Positions 37,872-49,339 of a stretch of 64,000 bases of DNA are shown here, piece after piece. The stretch covers positions 628-64,627 of the forward strand of contig JAFGTR010000020.1 of assembly GCA_016934055.1 (NCBI GenBank), written 5' to 3'. The translations under genes and the position numbers were made by a program. Below the pieces are notes generated by a model. It ran no database searches and had not been told where the DNA came from. It worked only from the letters and a program-made list of their open reading frames with translations. Numbering within the stretch: position 1 is the first letter of the stretch; each line of letters opens with the position of its first letter. Origin of the DNA: Bacteroidales bacterium. GTDB taxonomy: Bacteria; Bacteroidota; Bacteroidia; Bacteroidales; UBA10428.

Positions 37872-38846
37872 TTATTGTTTGCGATTTGTTGTAAACAAAG
37901 CAAATTCTTTAAGAGAATTCTTAGCATCACTCTCAGGAAAGTTATCGAGTATTTGAATGGCCTGATCACGGTATTCATGCATTTTCTGAATGCTGTAATC
38001 AAAACCACCGTTGGTCTTAATAAAATCAACAATGCTTTTAAAGGCGGCGGAATTGGATTTTCCCTTGTTAATCAGAGATAATATTCTTTTACGATCCTTA
38101 ATTTCAGAGTTTTGCAAAGCATGAATCAGTGGAAGGGTTATCTTTTTTTCTTTAATATCATTGCCAGAAGGCTTTCCGGCAACAGATGAAAGCTGATAGT
38201 CAAGTAAATCATCTTTTATCTGAAATGCAATCCCCAGCTTTTCACCGAACTGAGCCAATTGCTTTACAACCGTATCAGAAGCAAGAACAGATTTTGCCCC
38301 GCTTTCAGCACAGGCACTGATAAGGGTTGCTGTTTTTTTACGAATAATCTCGAAATACTTGTCTTCAGTTATCGTTAATTTGCGCGACTGCTGAATTTGA
38401 ACCAGTTCACCCTCGCTAACCTCTTTAACCGCATCAGAGACAATACGGAGAATATCGTATTCCTTTTGGTTTAAGGATAATAAAAGGCCCTGGGCTAAAA
38501 GATAGTCACCAATAAGCACAGCCATCTTGGATTTCCACAAAGCATTGATAGACAGATAATTGCGTCTTTCATATGATTCATCAACAACATCATCATGAAT
38601 AAGTGTGGCTGTGTGGAGCATTTCAATAAGGGAAGCTGCAATATAAGTTGAAGGTCTGATATCTCCTGAAACTTTGGCTGAAAGGAAAACCAATATCGGA
38701 CGCATCTGTTTACCTTTTCTGCGAATAATAAAGTTGATAACGATATTCAGCAAGGGGATGTTACTTTTCATAACCTTGTGAAAAGAACGCTCAAATTCTT
38801 TCAGTTCATCTTTAATGGGTTCTTTGATTATATCGAGAGGAGACAT
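37872..38846 (-). CDS. ispB: polyprenyl diphosphate synthase (octaprenyl-type)
   Basis: The track ORF extends to 38927; the likely start is MSPLDIIKEP (38846). First DDxxD (LIHDDVVDES), second DDxxD (QIKDDLLDY), and GKPSGNDIKEKKITLP. Confidence 0.85.
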   Translation of the reverse strand: MSPLDIIKEPIKDELKEFERSFHKVMKSNIPLLNIVINFIIRRKGKQMRPILVFLSAKVSGDIRPSTYIAASLIEMLHTATLIHDDVVDESYERRNYLSINALWKSKMAVLIGDYLLAQGLLLSLNQKEYDILRIVSDAVKEVSEGELVQIQQSRKLTITEDKYFEIIRKKTATLISACAESGAKSVLASDTVVKQLAQFGEKLGIAFQIKDDLLDYQLSSVAGKPSGNDIKEKKITLPLIHALQNSEIKDRKRILSLINKGKSNSAAFKSIVDFIKTNGGFDYSIQKMHEYRDQAIQILDNFPESDAKNSLKEFALFTTNRKQ

Positions 38847-39078
38847 CTTGTGCCGTTTTGTATGACCAAAAATAACAATAATCTTTTTGCTAATTTGTGA
38901 AACTGGAATTTTTAGGGTAGAATTCAACTTTTATATCGTATCCGTATCACCGAAAAAAAATGTTATTGATGGATGCATCTTATAATATATTCATATATTT
39001 GTATAGACAACTAATTGAAAGTGTATATAATAAAGATCTTTTCGAACTTATTGAAAACTATCATTAAAAAGAGAATCC

Positions 39079-39375
39079 ATGCCATTTGAAAGTTTAACGG
39101 CTGATCAATTGGAAAAAGCAGCTGCCATGTTAAAAGCTATAGCTCATCCGATGCGCATTTCAATACTTAAACACCTGGATGATGAAAAACAACTAACTGT
39201 TACAGAAATACATGAATTATTGGGTATTGAGCAATCAACAACATCACATCATCTTGGAATACTAAAAGACAAAGGTGTTCTTGTTTCAAAAAGGGATGGG
39301 AAAAACACGCTTTATAGCATCAGAAATAAAGATCTTAATACAATTATAGAATGTATCAGCAAATGCGCATGCTGA
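39079..39375 (+). CDS. ArsR/SmtB family transcriptional regulator
   Basis: 98 aa. LKAIAHPMRISILKHL ... LTVTEIHELLGIEQSTTSHHLGILKDKGVL wHTH. Confidence 0.85.
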   Translation: MPFESLTADQLEKAAAMLKAIAHPMRISILKHLDDEKQLTVTEIHELLGIEQSTTSHHLGILKDKGVLVSKRDGKNTLYSIRNKDLNTIIECISKCAC

Positions 39376-39395
39376 TTTTATTGAAACAATGACTG

Positions 39396-39427
39396 GCCGG
39401 TGAATAGTTTTCAACCGGCTTTTTTTG
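39396..39427 (+). terminator. rho-independent terminator after the ArsR-family gene
   Basis: gccgg(tg)-loop-(ca)accggc stem followed by an 8-T run, starting 21 nt after the stop. Confidence 0.6.
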
Positions 39428-39461
39428 TAACTTATCCGATCTAAAACTTAAATTTTTTCTT

Positions 39462-42218
39462 ATGCAAAAAATGCTTTTATTGGATGCCTATGCCCTTATT
39501 TTCAGATCGTATTATGCCTTTATCAACAGACCGATTAAAAATTCAAAAGGTCAGAATACTTCAGCCATTTATGGTTTTACGGCATCACTTGATGAAGTAT
39601 TGCGCAAGGAAAATCCGGATTTCATAGCCGTGGTTTTTGATTATCCGGGCCCTACCTTCAGAAACAAATTATTCCCGGCTTACAAGGCAAACAGGCAAAA
39701 AACGCCTGAAGACATTAAAATTTCGGTTCCTTATATAAAGCGGGTATTGGAGGGTTTTAATATTTCTGTTTTAGAGATCGAGGGTTTTGAAGCAGATGAT
39801 GTCATTGGTACACTGGCAAAAATGTCAGAAAAAGCCGGCTTTAAGGTTTTAATGATGACACCGGATAAAGATTATGGACAGCTGGTTTCAGATAATATTC
39901 TCATGGTCAAGCCGGCAAAAAAAAGCAGCGATGCTGAAATACTGGGGCCGGCAGAAATTATGAATCTGTACTCTATTCAGGATCCTCTTCAGGTTACTGA
40001 TATCCTGGCATTATGGGGAGACACCTCTGACAATATTCCGGGTGCACCGGGTATCGGTGAAAAGACAGCCAGAGAACTGATAGGTAAATATCATACTATT
40101 GAAAATCTGTTCGGTCATCTGCATGAACTCAGGGGCAAACAAAAAGAAAGTATTGAATCAAACAAAGACCAGATCATTCTTTCTAAAAAGCTGGCTACTA
40201 TTGAAGTTAATGTGCCGGTTGATATTGATATCGATGAGCTGAAAAGAAAGCCAATGGATATGGAGAAGTTAAAAAAAGTGTTTGATGAACTGGAATTCCG
40301 GACTCTTTCTGCGCGGATTTTATCAAAGCCCAAAGCTCCTTTAACCCAACAAGGTGTATTATTTCAGGATGAACCTGTTAATGATACAATAAAAGCACAT
40401 AATGATTTTAAATCGCTGGATGAAACGCCACATAACTATAAAAGTATTGACAGTGAAGATGATCTTAAGAAACTGGTCAGTCAGTTGTTGAAAGAAAAAC
40501 GGGTTTGTTTTGACACTGAAACAACAAGCCTGAATATTTTTGAAGCGGAACTTGTTGGTATTTCCTTTTCTGTGAAAGAAAGGGAGGCCTGGTATGTCCC
40601 TTTTCCTGATGAAAAAGAAAAATGTCTGAGGCTTCTTGGAATATTGAATCCTTTGTTTTGCAGTGAAAGTATATTAAAGATAGGACAAAACATAAAGTAT
40701 GATATACAGGTGCTTCAGCAGTATAACCAGGAGGTAAAAGGTCCTTTGTTTGATACCATGATTGCCCATTATCTGATACAGCCTGAACTGAAACACAGCA
40801 TGGATTACCTTGCGACAGTATACCTTAATTACAAACCTGTTCCCATAGAGGATTTAATTGGTAAAAAAGGCAGAGATCAAAAAAGCATGCGTGATATACC
40901 TCCCGAAAGGATAAGGGAATATGCTGCCGAAGATGCAGATATAACCTTGCAGTTGGCGGAAATACTAAAACCAGAACTTAAGAAACAAAATCTGGATAAG
41001 CTCTCTGAAAATGTTGAGATGCCCCTGATAAATGTTTTGGCCGATATGGAAAGGACGGGTATAAATCTTAATACAGATGAATTAAACAAGTATTCTCAAA
41101 CGCTTAATAAAGAAATAAATATATTACAGCAAGAAATTTACAATCTGGCCGGAAAGACTTTCAATATTGCTTCGCCCAAACAGCTGGGAGAAATACTTTT
41201 CGAACATCTTAATATTCCGGCCAATGTTAAAAAAACCAAAACCAATCAATACCAAACCGGAGAAGAAGTCCTTTTGAAAATAAAAGACAGTCATCCGATA
41301 GTTACACGGATTCTTGACTTCCGGAGTCTTCAGAAATTATTGAGTACTTACGTATCAGCACTGCCGGCCTTGAAAAATTCTTCAACGGGCAGAATTCATA
41401 CTTCATTTGAACAGGCATGGGTCTCAACAGGCCGGTTGAGTTCGAAAAATCCTAATTTACAGAATATCCCCATCAGAGATGAAAGAGGTCGCGAAATACG
41501 CAAGGCTTTTATTCCGCGAAATAAAGATCATATATTGCTTTCAGCCGATTATTCCCAGATAGAATTGCGTATAATGGCTCACCTTTGCGGTGACAGGAAT
41601 ATGATTGATGCTTTTCTGCAAAACCAGGATATACACGCCGCAACTGCTGCAAAAATTTATAATGTATCTTTGAATGAGGTGACACGTGAAATGCGCACAC
41701 GGGCAAAAACAGCCAATTTCGGCATCATATATGGTATTTCCGCTTTCGGACTCGCACAACGTCTTGACATTGCACGAAGCGATGCATCACAATTAATTGA
41801 AGGTTACTTTAAAACGTATCCTTATGTAAAGAAATACATGAATAATAATATTGAAAGGGCAAAGGAAAAAGGTTATGTTGAAACGATCCTGGGACGCAGA
41901 AGATATCTGCCTGATATTCATTCAGCTAACGCAACGGTAAGGGGAATGGCTGAAAGAAATGCAATTAACGCCCCCATCCAGGGCTCGGCAGCTGATATAA
42001 TAAAGCTTGCCATGGTTAATATTCATAATAAAATTAAAAACAAATACAGCACAAAATTGATACTTCAGGTTCATGATGAACTGGTTTTTGATGTTTACAG
42101 GCCGGAACTGGAAAGAATAAGTGAAATCGTTAAGGTTGAGATGGAGAATGCTGTATCGCTTGATGTCCCGCTAACAGTAGATATCGGTACGGGCAACAAC
42201 TGGCTTGAAGCGCATTAA
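39462..42218 (+). CDS. polA: DNA polymerase I
   Basis: 918 aa. 5'-3' exonuclease domain, 3'-5' exo-like domain (VCFDTETTSL), and polymerase motifs A (LSADYSQIELRIMAH), B (RTRAKTANFGIIYG) and C (LQVHDELVF). Confidence 0.95.
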   Translation: MQKMLLLDAYALIFRSYYAFINRPIKNSKGQNTSAIYGFTASLDEVLRKENPDFIAVVFDYPGPTFRNKLFPAYKANRQKTPEDIKISVPYIKRVLEGFNISVLEIEGFEADDVIGTLAKMSEKAGFKVLMMTPDKDYGQLVSDNILMVKPAKKSSDAEILGPAEIMNLYSIQDPLQVTDILALWGDTSDNIPGAPGIGEKTARELIGKYHTIENLFGHLHELRGKQKESIESNKDQIILSKKLATIEVNVPVDIDIDELKRKPMDMEKLKKVFDELEFRTLSARILSKPKAPLTQQGVLFQDEPVNDTIKAHNDFKSLDETPHNYKSIDSEDDLKKLVSQLLKEKRVCFDTETTSLNIFEAELVGISFSVKEREAWYVPFPDEKEKCLRLLGILNPLFCSESILKIGQNIKYDIQVLQQYNQEVKGPLFDTMIAHYLIQPELKHSMDYLATVYLNYKPVPIEDLIGKKGRDQKSMRDIPPERIREYAAEDADITLQLAEILKPELKKQNLDKLSENVEMPLINVLADMERTGINLNTDELNKYSQTLNKEINILQQEIYNLAGKTFNIASPKQLGEILFEHLNIPANVKKTKTNQYQTGEEVLLKIKDSHPIVTRILDFRSLQKLLSTYVSALPALKNSSTGRIHTSFEQAWVSTGRLSSKNPNLQNIPIRDERGREIRKAFIPRNKDHILLSADYSQIELRIMAHLCGDRNMIDAFLQNQDIHAATAAKIYNVSLNEVTREMRTRAKTANFGIIYGISAFGLAQRLDIARSDASQLIEGYFKTYPYVKKYMNNNIERAKEKGYVETILGRRRYLPDIHSANATVRGMAERNAINAPIQGSAADIIKLAMVNIHNKIKNKYSTKLILQVHDELVFDVYRPELERISEIVKVEMENAVSLDVPLTVDIGTGNNWLEAH

Positions 42219-42249
42219 TTTATGTAAGGTAATAACAGCGGATTATTAT

Positions 42250-45066
42250 TCAGGAAAACCATTTATAAAGAATACTTTTTACGGTTTCAACCTTTACAGG
42301 TTTGGTAATATAATCGTTCATGCCGGATGAAAGAGCTTTGGCCTTGCTTTTGGCGCTGGCAGTGGCCGTCATGGCTACAATAGGCATTTGATAACCCAAA
42401 CCGCGGATTTCAACAGTTGCCTGAATGCCATCACGGTCAGGCATAAAAAGATCCATAAAAACAATGTCGTAACCCTTTTCCCTGATTTTTTCGATGACTT
42501 CATTGCCATTTTCAGCAATATCAATGGATAATCCAAGATTACCGAAAATGGTTGACGCCACCTTCTGATTGATAATATTATCTTCGGCTACAAGAACAGA
42601 GATATCACTTTTGATTTTTTTAGGACTATCATCGGCTGTTCTTTTTATGTTAATGAAAGTTTCATATATATAGACCAGCAAATCATTGTATTCAAATGGT
42701 TCAATTAAATAATAATCAACGCCATACCTTTTTGATTGGATGTAATTGTCTTTTTTATGATTCGAACTGATTAAAAAGACAATATATGAATCGATATATT
42801 TTTCATCCCTGAGGTTTTTTGCAAGTTCCATGCCGTTTAAAACAGCATCATCCATAATGTAAAGAACATGATAGGGTTTTTCACTGTTTTTCAGAAAAGA
42901 AAACAAGGCCTTACTCTCGGTTTCCTTATAGACAAAAACTCCAAATGGCATATGTACGCTTTCAAGAAAGCGGTTTAACCGGCGCTTGGGGTCATTGTTA
43001 TGGGAGATGATAAGGGCATTAATCTGGTCGGGACGGACGACATGGTCCGTTTTTATGTTTTTAATGAGCTTTTCATTGGAAAAGACCTCAATGGTAAAAC
43101 TGAATTTAGAACCGGGGTATTTGGGATTGTTTGAAATGGAAGATGGACTTTCAGCCCATATTTCGCCATTCATAAGGGTTACAAGTTGCTTTGAAATTGT
43201 CGTTCCAAGACCTGATCCGCCATATTTGCGTGAAGTAGAATCTTCTGCCTGAGTAAATGAATTAAAAATGCTCTCAATCTTATGATCTGGAATTCCAACA
43301 CCTGTATCTTCAACAAAGAAAAGCAGTGTCAGATTGCCGTTGTATTCTTCCTCGAGTTCGGTACCTACTATGATCTGCCCTTCGTGTGTGAATTTAATCG
43401 CATTGCTGATCAGGTTTGACAGAACCTGACGTAATCTGAAAGGATCACCGATAATATTTTCGGGAACGTCCTGATTTATTTTAATGGTGAGTTCTAATTT
43501 TTTTTCTTCTATGATAGGACGGAACAAATCCAGTGAAGATTTTACTTCGTCACGCAGTTTAAAAGGTATTTCCTCCAATTGCATTTTACCGGCTTCAATT
43601 TTCGAAAAATCAAGAAGATCGTCAATGAGATTCAACAGCAAATCGGCAGATTTACGAACAATCTCAACATATTCCATTTGTTCCTTTGTAAGCTTTTGCT
43701 GATAAAGAGCTTCTGTCATACCGATTATACCATTCATTGGCGTCCTGATCTCATGACTCATTTTTGCCAGGAATTCAGATTTGGCCAGATTGGCTGCAGC
43801 CTCATATTTGCGTGCCTTTTCTATGCCCGTAATATCAATAAATGCGCTCAGAATAAGCTCTTCATCATTTATAACATGAGGAATATCTTTTTTGTAAAGA
43901 ATAACTTCCTCAACTTCATTTTTATACAGAACAAATTGATTGGAATCAAAGGCAACATCATCGCTTTCTTCTTTAAAATACTTTTTTGACCGGATAAAAC
44001 GGTCAAGAATGTTTTTGTGTTGGCGATCCTCTCCTTCTTTCAGAAGAAGCATTTCCCTGGCATTGGGATTGATCATTCTGATGTTCTGGTTTGGATCCAT
44101 TACCAATACGCCAAGCGGAAGGGCGTCAAATATTGATTTTAAATTCAGATAATCCCGGGATACCATTTCTTTTTGCCGGAATTTTTTCTCCATGGATTTG
44201 AGCAAATACAGAAGAAAAATACCCAGGATGATAATGCCAACAAGACTTATAATTTCAGTTAATAAAACGAAGGACGAAAAGGATGCGTTATTGAGTGAAA
44301 AAACAAGTCCAAGCTTATGCGTCATAAGGTCAAGCGGATAGTATGATGAATGTACGGTAACAGATTTGTCCCCGATCTCAACTTTATGAATATAGGATCC
44401 GGAAAGTCCGTTTTTCAAATTTGACTGTATTTTTTCAACAGACAGAAAGGCAATATTTTGTTTAAGATTATGGGAAATGACTTTTCCTTCATTATCAGTA
44501 ACCCATTGCCATAATATGTCGTTCAGTTGGTACTTTTCAGACATAGTGCTGACGTACCTGGCAAAATCAAGAGAAAAAACAATATTGCCTGACAGTAAAT
44601 TATTTTTGAAAACAGGCAGGGAATACTCGTAACAGTCACCTGTTTTTATAATGGTCTCCTTTTCCGTTAAAGCTTTTTGTCGCTGGGCTGAATAAGGATC
44701 AATGATCAGTGTGTTCTTTTTATCATAATACATGTTAACGACATTTTTTTGCTGATCATAGATATATATGTTTTTTATCAGATCATGGTATGTTGCATAA
44801 AGCTTTTCGATTTTAACAAGAGCATTTTGCATGGTTTGCTCGCTTTCCATTATCAGCGTCAGATCCTCTGAAAATAAAAGATAATTAACTTCATTGGTGA
44901 AGTGTACAATACCTTTTTCAATATCAGCTCCGCAATTCTGGACTTGTTTTTGGAGCATTTCTCTTTGGTGGATAGTCTGCCTGATGCGGATTCTCCAGAA
45001 TGCCACCGTAACAATTGCCACAATGGCCATAAAAACCAATGAAACAATGATGTAATGCTTTTTCAT
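42250..45066 (-). CDS. hybrid sensor histidine kinase/response regulator
   Basis: The track ORF extends to 45093; I start at MKKHYIIV (45066). N-terminal TM, extracytoplasmic sensor and second TM, a PAS-like region, H-box [13 protein letters not shown], and ATPase boxes [25 protein letters not shown] divergent receiver-like segment follows, then a canonical C-terminal receiver ([11 protein letters not shown] ... [13 protein letters not shown] ... TKP). Confidence 0.85.
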   Translation of the reverse strand: MKKHYIIVSLVFMAIVAIVTVAFWRIRIRQTIHQREMLQKQVQNCGADIEKGIVHFTNEVNYLLFSEDLTLIMESEQTMQNALVKIEKLYATYHDLIKNIYIYDQQKNVVNMYYDKKNTLIIDPYSAQRQKALTEKETIIKTGDCYEYSLPVFKNNLLSGNIVFSLDFARYVSTMSEKYQLNDILWQWVTDNEGKVISHNLKQNIAFLSVEKIQSNLKNGLSGSYIHKVEIGDKSVTVHSSYYPLDLMTHKLGLVFSLNNASFSSFVLLTEIISLVGIIILGIFLLYLLKSMEKKFRQKEMVSRDYLNLKSIFDALPLGVLVMDPNQNIRMINPNAREMLLLKEGEDRQHKNILDRFIRSKKYFKEESDDVAFDSNQFVLYKNEVEEVILYKKDIPHVINDEELILSAFIDITGIEKARKYEAAANLAKSEFLAKMSHEIRTPMNGIIGMTEALYQQKLTKEQMEYVEIVRKSADLLLNLIDDLLDFSKIEAGKMQLEEIPFKLRDEVKSSLDLFRPIIEEKKLELTIKINQDVPENIIGDPFRLRQVLSNLISNAIKFTHEGQIIVGTELEEEYNGNLTLLFFVEDTGVGIPDHKIESIFNSFTQAEDSTSRKYGGSGLGTTISKQLVTLMNGEIWAESPSSISNNPKYPGSKFSFTIEVFSNEKLIKNIKTDHVVRPDQINALIISHNNDPKRRLNRFLESVHMPFGVFVYKETESKALFSFLKNSEKPYHVLYIMDDAVLNGMELAKNLRDEKYIDSYIVFLISSNHKKDNYIQSKRYGVDYYLIEPFEYNDLLVYIYETFINIKRTADDSPKKIKSDISVLVAEDNIINQKVASTIFGNLGLSIDIAENGNEVIEKIREKGYDIVFMDLFMPDRDGIQATVEIRGLGYQMPIVAMTATASAKSKAKALSSGMNDYITKPVKVETVKSILYKWFS

Positions 45067-45211
45067 TATCCTATCTTTCACCGATATAACCAATATTAAT
45101 CAATTAATAACAATCCGCTGAAGCGAAGACTAAATTCAATTTATTCTCCCTTTTATTTTGTTTATTGTAAGCGTAAGTTATGAATATAATATGCATTATA
45201 CGAAGATACAG

Positions 45212-46138
45212 TTATCCGGTTCTATATTTTTCATTTTGGTCTGTAAAAATGTTAACATAACTCTGATAACGCGATGGAGCAAGGATTCCGTTTTCAACGG
45301 CTTTCCTGACTGCACATCCGGGTTCATGAATGTGTGTACAGTTATAAAATGAACAACCCTGTGATATCCTGAAAATGTCATTAAAATACAGACCTATTTC
45401 ATTTTTTTCGATATCAACAATGCCAAAACCTCTCAGACCAGGGGTGTCAATAATATAACCCCCTGATGGCAGAGGTATCATTTCAGCATACGTGGTGGCA
45501 TGTTTACCTGTTTTATGTGAAACTGAAATATCCATGGTTTTCAAATTCATATCCGGACATATTAAATTGATCAGAGATGATTTCCCGACACCTGAATTAC
45601 CGGCCAGAAGATTTGTTTTATTCCTCATAATTTCAATCAGGCTGTCAATACCCTTTTTTTCATTTACGGACATTTCTATACAGGTGTAACCTGCGAATGT
45701 ATAAGTTTGTTTAAAAGATTGCAGTTTCTCTGTTTTATCTTTGGTGATAAGATCAGTTTTATTGATGATCAGCACTACCGGTATATGGTAGGCTTCAGCT
45801 GTTAAAAGAAACCTGTCAATAAATTCAAGCGGGGTTTCAGGCATTGATACGGCAATCATAAGAAGGGCCTGATCAATATTGGAAGCGATAATATGAGCCT
45901 CTTTTGAGAAGTTGGAAGAACGGCGGATAATATAGTTTTTTCGCGATTCTATGCGGGTTATAATACCACCGTCATGATTGTCAGATTCATACTGAACATT
46001 ATCTCCGACAGCAACAGGATTGGTTATTTTTATGTTTTTTTCACGAAATATTCCACGTATTTTACAACGGACAATCCTGTTGCCATCTTTTACCAAATGA
46101 CAACTGCCTGTTGTTTTTATGACCACGCCCGTGTTCAA
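45212..46138 (-). CDS. rsgA: ribosome small-subunit-dependent GTPase A
   Basis: The ORF extends to 46204, but its N-terminal 22 codons look non-coding. A TTG at 46138 gives MNTGVVIKTTGSCHLV, the usual RsgA start. Motifs NKTDL, GNSGVGKSSLIN, the DTPG region and the C-terminal Zn cluster CSFYNCTHIHEPGC are present. The start is uncertain. Confidence 0.85.
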   Translation of the reverse strand: MNTGVVIKTTGSCHLVKDGNRIVRCKIRGIFREKNIKITNPVAVGDNVQYESDNHDGGIITRIESRKNYIIRRSSNFSKEAHIIASNIDQALLMIAVSMPETPLEFIDRFLLTAEAYHIPVVLIINKTDLITKDKTEKLQSFKQTYTFAGYTCIEMSVNEKKGIDSLIEIMRNKTNLLAGNSGVGKSSLINLICPDMNLKTMDISVSHKTGKHATTYAEMIPLPSGGYIIDTPGLRGFGIVDIEKNEIGLYFNDIFRISQGCSFYNCTHIHEPGCAVRKAVENGILAPSRYQSYVNIFTDQNEKYRTG

Positions 46139-46361
46139 AATCAATAAATAATTGTAAGAATTGACAATACTAAAATACACATAGATTAGTATTTTTATAT
46201 ACAAAATCGGAAATTTGCTGTCGATAACCGGTGCTTAACTGTGCAGAGGATATCCATAACAGTCATTCCGGGTTCTTAAATCACATCATGAATATATAAA
46301 ACAACCGGCCGGTCTTTTTTTTTAAGCAAAAGGAATTGAAAATGATATAAAGAAAAACAAG

Positions 46362-46739
46362 ATGAAAACCATTAAACAGCATCACTTTATTAACGCCATG
46401 CCCGAAGAAGTTTTTACGGCCATTACAAATCCCCTTACAATCGAATTATGGAGCGGATATCCTGCAGAAATGCAGCCTTTGGAAGAGACGGAATTCTCTA
46501 TTTTTGAGGGAGAAATATCAGGTCGCAATCTTTCAGTGATTCAAAACCAGAAATTGGTTCAGGAATGGTATTTCGGTGATAATACAATAAAATCAATCGT
46601 AACCATTACACTGAAACCTTCAGGAAAAGGTACACATGTTGACCTGGAACACACCAATGTCCCTGAATCTGATGTTGAAAATATTGAAGAAGGATGGAAA
46701 TCATATTACTGGGGAGCGATAAAGAAATATTTTAAATAG
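46362..46739 (+). CDS. SRPBCC superfamily protein (AHSA1/START-like)
   Basis: 125 aa. The pattern FTAITNPLTIELWSG ... QEWYFGD ... GTHVDLEHTNVP is typical of Aha1-like SRPBCC proteins. Confidence 0.6.
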   Translation: MKTIKQHHFINAMPEEVFTAITNPLTIELWSGYPAEMQPLEETEFSIFEGEISGRNLSVIQNQKLVQEWYFGDNTIKSIVTITLKPSGKGTHVDLEHTNVPESDVENIEEGWKSYYWGAIKKYFK

Positions 46740-46928
46740 TTATGCCTGACAGATATAAATTTTTATATGATTTAAGAACTAAGAATGACGATTTTTGATT
46801 TTATAAGAATCAAACCTGAGTTTACAAAGAATAAAATAAATAATTCAAACATTTTTTTTCATAAATCTGAATCTGTTTTCTTTGATCTTTCATCTTTAAT
46901 CTTCATAAGGTAAACCTCAAGCAGTAAA

Positions 46929-48173
46929 ATGACCATTAACAGAGCTGATATCGATCTTATGGCCCCTGTGGGTTCATTTGATGCATTGCATGCAGCAATA
47001 CAGGGAGGAGCAGATTCGGTATATTTTGGTATCGGCAAACTTAATATGCGTGCGCGTTCAACAGTAAATTTTACACCGGATGATCTGGTAAAAATCATTC
47101 GGATTTGCCGGAATTTTAATAAAAGGGCTTACCTTACTCTCAATGCGGTTATTTATAATCATGAGCTTGAGCAGGTCAGGGATATCGTTCATCTGGCAAA
47201 GGAAAAAGGCATTCATGCCGTTATTGCTTCAGACCAGGCTGTCCTTCATTATTGCCGTGATAAGGACATGGAAGTTCATCTGTCAACCCAGCTCAATATC
47301 AGCAATATTGAAACCCTGAAGTTTTATGCTCGTTTTGCTGATGTTGCTGTACTGGCCAGAGAGCTGACACTTGAACAGGTTTCGGAAATGGCTGGTCAGA
47401 TAAAGAAGCAACAGATCAGAGGTCCGTCAGGTGAATTGATGAAAATTGAATTGTTTGTCCACGGTGCATTATGTATGGCTGTATCAGGGAAGTGTTATCT
47501 GAGCCTTCACCACTATAATCAGTCTGCTAACCGCGGTGCTTGTTTACAGGATTGTCGCAGGGCATATACTGTTAAGGAAAGAGAGACAGGTTTTGATCTT
47601 GATTTAGAAAATGAATATATCATGTCTCCAAAAGATTTATGCACAATTCACTTTCTTGATCAGATCATAGATGCAGGTGTGAGGGTATTAAAAATTGAAG
47701 GCCGGGCCCGTTCGCCCGAATATGTTAAGACTGTTGTATCGTGTTATAGCGAAGCTATCGATGATATACTTGCAGGACGTTATTCAAGGCAAAAAGCTGA
47801 AAAACTGAATGAAAAGCTTAAAATGGTTTTTAACCGTGGTTTTTGGGATGGATATTATCTTGGTAAGAGAACGGGTGAATGGAGTGATGCTCATGGCTCA
47901 AAAGCCTTAAAGAAAAAGATTTATATTGCCAAAAGCCTTAATTATTATCATAAACTGGGTGTGGGAGAATTTTTATGTGAATCAGATTCGCTGAAAACAG
48001 GGGATGAAATTCTCATCATTGGTCCGAACACAGGAGTAATTGAGACCACAATAGAAGAAATGCATAATGATACAGGACCTGTAAAGAGTGTGAACCAGGG
48101 AGAACGTTTTTCCATACCGCTTCCAAGAAAAGTAAGAAGAGCTGACAAGTTGTACAAGATGGTTGAAGCCTGA
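46929..48173 (+). CDS. peptidase U32 family protein
   Basis: 414 aa. The U32 signature ELFVHGALCMAVSGKCYLS is present. Confidence 0.85.
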   Translation: MTINRADIDLMAPVGSFDALHAAIQGGADSVYFGIGKLNMRARSTVNFTPDDLVKIIRICRNFNKRAYLTLNAVIYNHELEQVRDIVHLAKEKGIHAVIASDQAVLHYCRDKDMEVHLSTQLNISNIETLKFYARFADVAVLARELTLEQVSEMAGQIKKQQIRGPSGELMKIELFVHGALCMAVSGKCYLSLHHYNQSANRGACLQDCRRAYTVKERETGFDLDLENEYIMSPKDLCTIHFLDQIIDAGVRVLKIEGRARSPEYVKTVVSCYSEAIDDILAGRYSRQKAEKLNEKLKMVFNRGFWDGYYLGKRTGEWSDAHGSKALKKKIYIAKSLNYYHKLGVGEFLCESDSLKTGDEILIIGPNTGVIETTIEEMHNDTGPVKSVNQGERFSIPLPRKVRRADKLYKMVEA

Positions 48174-48198
48174 GATTTTTATTCGTGAGACTTATTTT

Positions 48199-48936
48199 TC
48201 ATTGAAAGCCTGATCCTTTCTGCCGGATAAGCAGGTATTCCTTTTTCAGTGCTTTGTTGTATTGATTGCGCAGATCAAGAGCCCGTTCAAATGTCTTATC
48301 ACGATCGTAAATGCGTATAACATCCTCAGGACCGTTGAACCGGTTGATTGTCCCCAGAGCTGCATCAAACTCGGGATTATTAATCGTGCTTTTGATGTGC
48401 CGGGTTAAATATGACAGATTGTTCCAGTTGATTGGCTCGGGAATGACAAAATAGAATTTTTCAGTTTCATACAAATCGCGATAAATACCATCGAATAATT
48501 CAATGATTTTAAAATGTTTGTATACTTTTATTTTACCTTCTGCATTAATCTTTTTGTAAGGCATGAATTTAATGTCATTTTTTTTATAAAATTCCTGAAC
48601 CAAAGGTATTTGATCATATCTGGATAAACCTTTAATTCTGATAAAGGGATATATTTTCTTTTTTACGGATAATTCACCTGTGGCTGACCACCAGTCTCTG
48701 TTAAAGTATTCTTTCAATGCTTTTGCAAGTCTGTTAATTTTTTCAGGAAAATAGCGATAAAGAGTAGAAAAATATATTGCCCCGGGTTTTTCTTCATCTG
48801 ATGGCGAGCTTATTCCGGGGAAAGCATGTTGTGATTCCAACACAAGGGTATTTTCCAATTGAAAATATTCAACATTGATCAGTTTTTCAACTTTGGTTAT
48901 ACATCCTGTTGTTTCTATGACCTGTTTGGGTTCCAT
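48199..48936 (-). CDS. hypothetical protein (no motif recognised)
   Basis: A clean 245-aa ORF with no TM or signal peptide. Its codon usage resembles its neighbours. I recognise no family. Confidence 0.5.
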   Translation of the reverse strand: MEPKQVIETTGCITKVEKLINVEYFQLENTLVLESQHAFPGISSPSDEEKPGAIYFSTLYRYFPEKINRLAKALKEYFNRDWWSATGELSVKKKIYPFIRIKGLSRYDQIPLVQEFYKKNDIKFMPYKKINAEGKIKVYKHFKIIELFDGIYRDLYETEKFYFVIPEPINWNNLSYLTRHIKSTINNPEFDAALGTINRFNGPEDVIRIYDRDKTFERALDLRNQYNKALKKEYLLIRQKGSGFQ

Positions 48937-49200
48937 GGCCTGAGGGTATTAATGTGTGCAAAACCTAAACCCGTATTGCTGATCCGTTGTATGTTCTATT
49001 GTAAAATAGCAGGAACAGCACAAAAAGAGCAAAAAGAAAGTCCTTCAAAAGTCTTCATAATTTACAAAAAATGCACGACAAAAGCAATGACAAGTATGAA
49101 GGAATAAACTAAAACTGCAGGCAATTGATTTTAAAAAAGGAGTGAAAATGGTGTTTATTTTATGAAGGAAAAACGGAGATAATTGTCCGGGTATAATATG

Positions 49201-49271
49201 TTGTCCGACCAGGATTCGAACCTGGACAGGCAGAACCAAAATCTGCAGTGCTACCATTACACCATCGGACA
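49201..49271 (-). tRNA. tRNA-Gln (anticodon UUG)
   Basis: Cloverleaf folded by hand. Acceptor TGTCCGA/TCGGACA (U1:A72), D-arm with GG, anticodon stem GCAGA/TCTGC with loop TT-TTG-GT, T-arm CCAGG-TTCGAAT-CCTGG, discriminator A. No encoded CCA. Confidence 0.9.
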
Positions 49272-49339
49272 ATCCTTTCAGGGTGTGCAAAAATACAAAA
49301 AATACGGTTATTTCAAATTATTCAGCCGCTATTTTTAAA

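Noticed and set aside
38984-38999. Palindrome AATATAT-tc-ATATATT about 80 nt upstream of the ArsR-family gene as a possible operator
   Set aside because: A pure A/T palindrome in an AT-rich spacer is easily produced by chance. It has no second copy and no resemblance I can vouch for to known 12-2-12 SmtB/ArsR boxes.
42700-43050. Second, divergent receiver-like segment inside the hybrid kinase as a sign of a novel domain
   Set aside because: Degenerate pseudo-receiver domains between the ATPase and the true receiver are common in hybrid kinases, and nothing here stands out.
46304-46323. Palindrome accggccggt followed by a 9-T run between divergent rsgA and the SRPBCC gene, considered as the terminator of an unannotated sRNA
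   Set aside because: The palindrome has no loop, so only about 3 bp could form a stem. The A-run/T-run flanks pair imperfectly, and no upstream promoter-like signal or conserved partner was seen.
49045-49290. 81-aa minus-strand ORF
   Set aside because: It overlaps the tRNA-Gln gene (49201-49271) on the same strand, and the tRNA cloverleaf is convincing.
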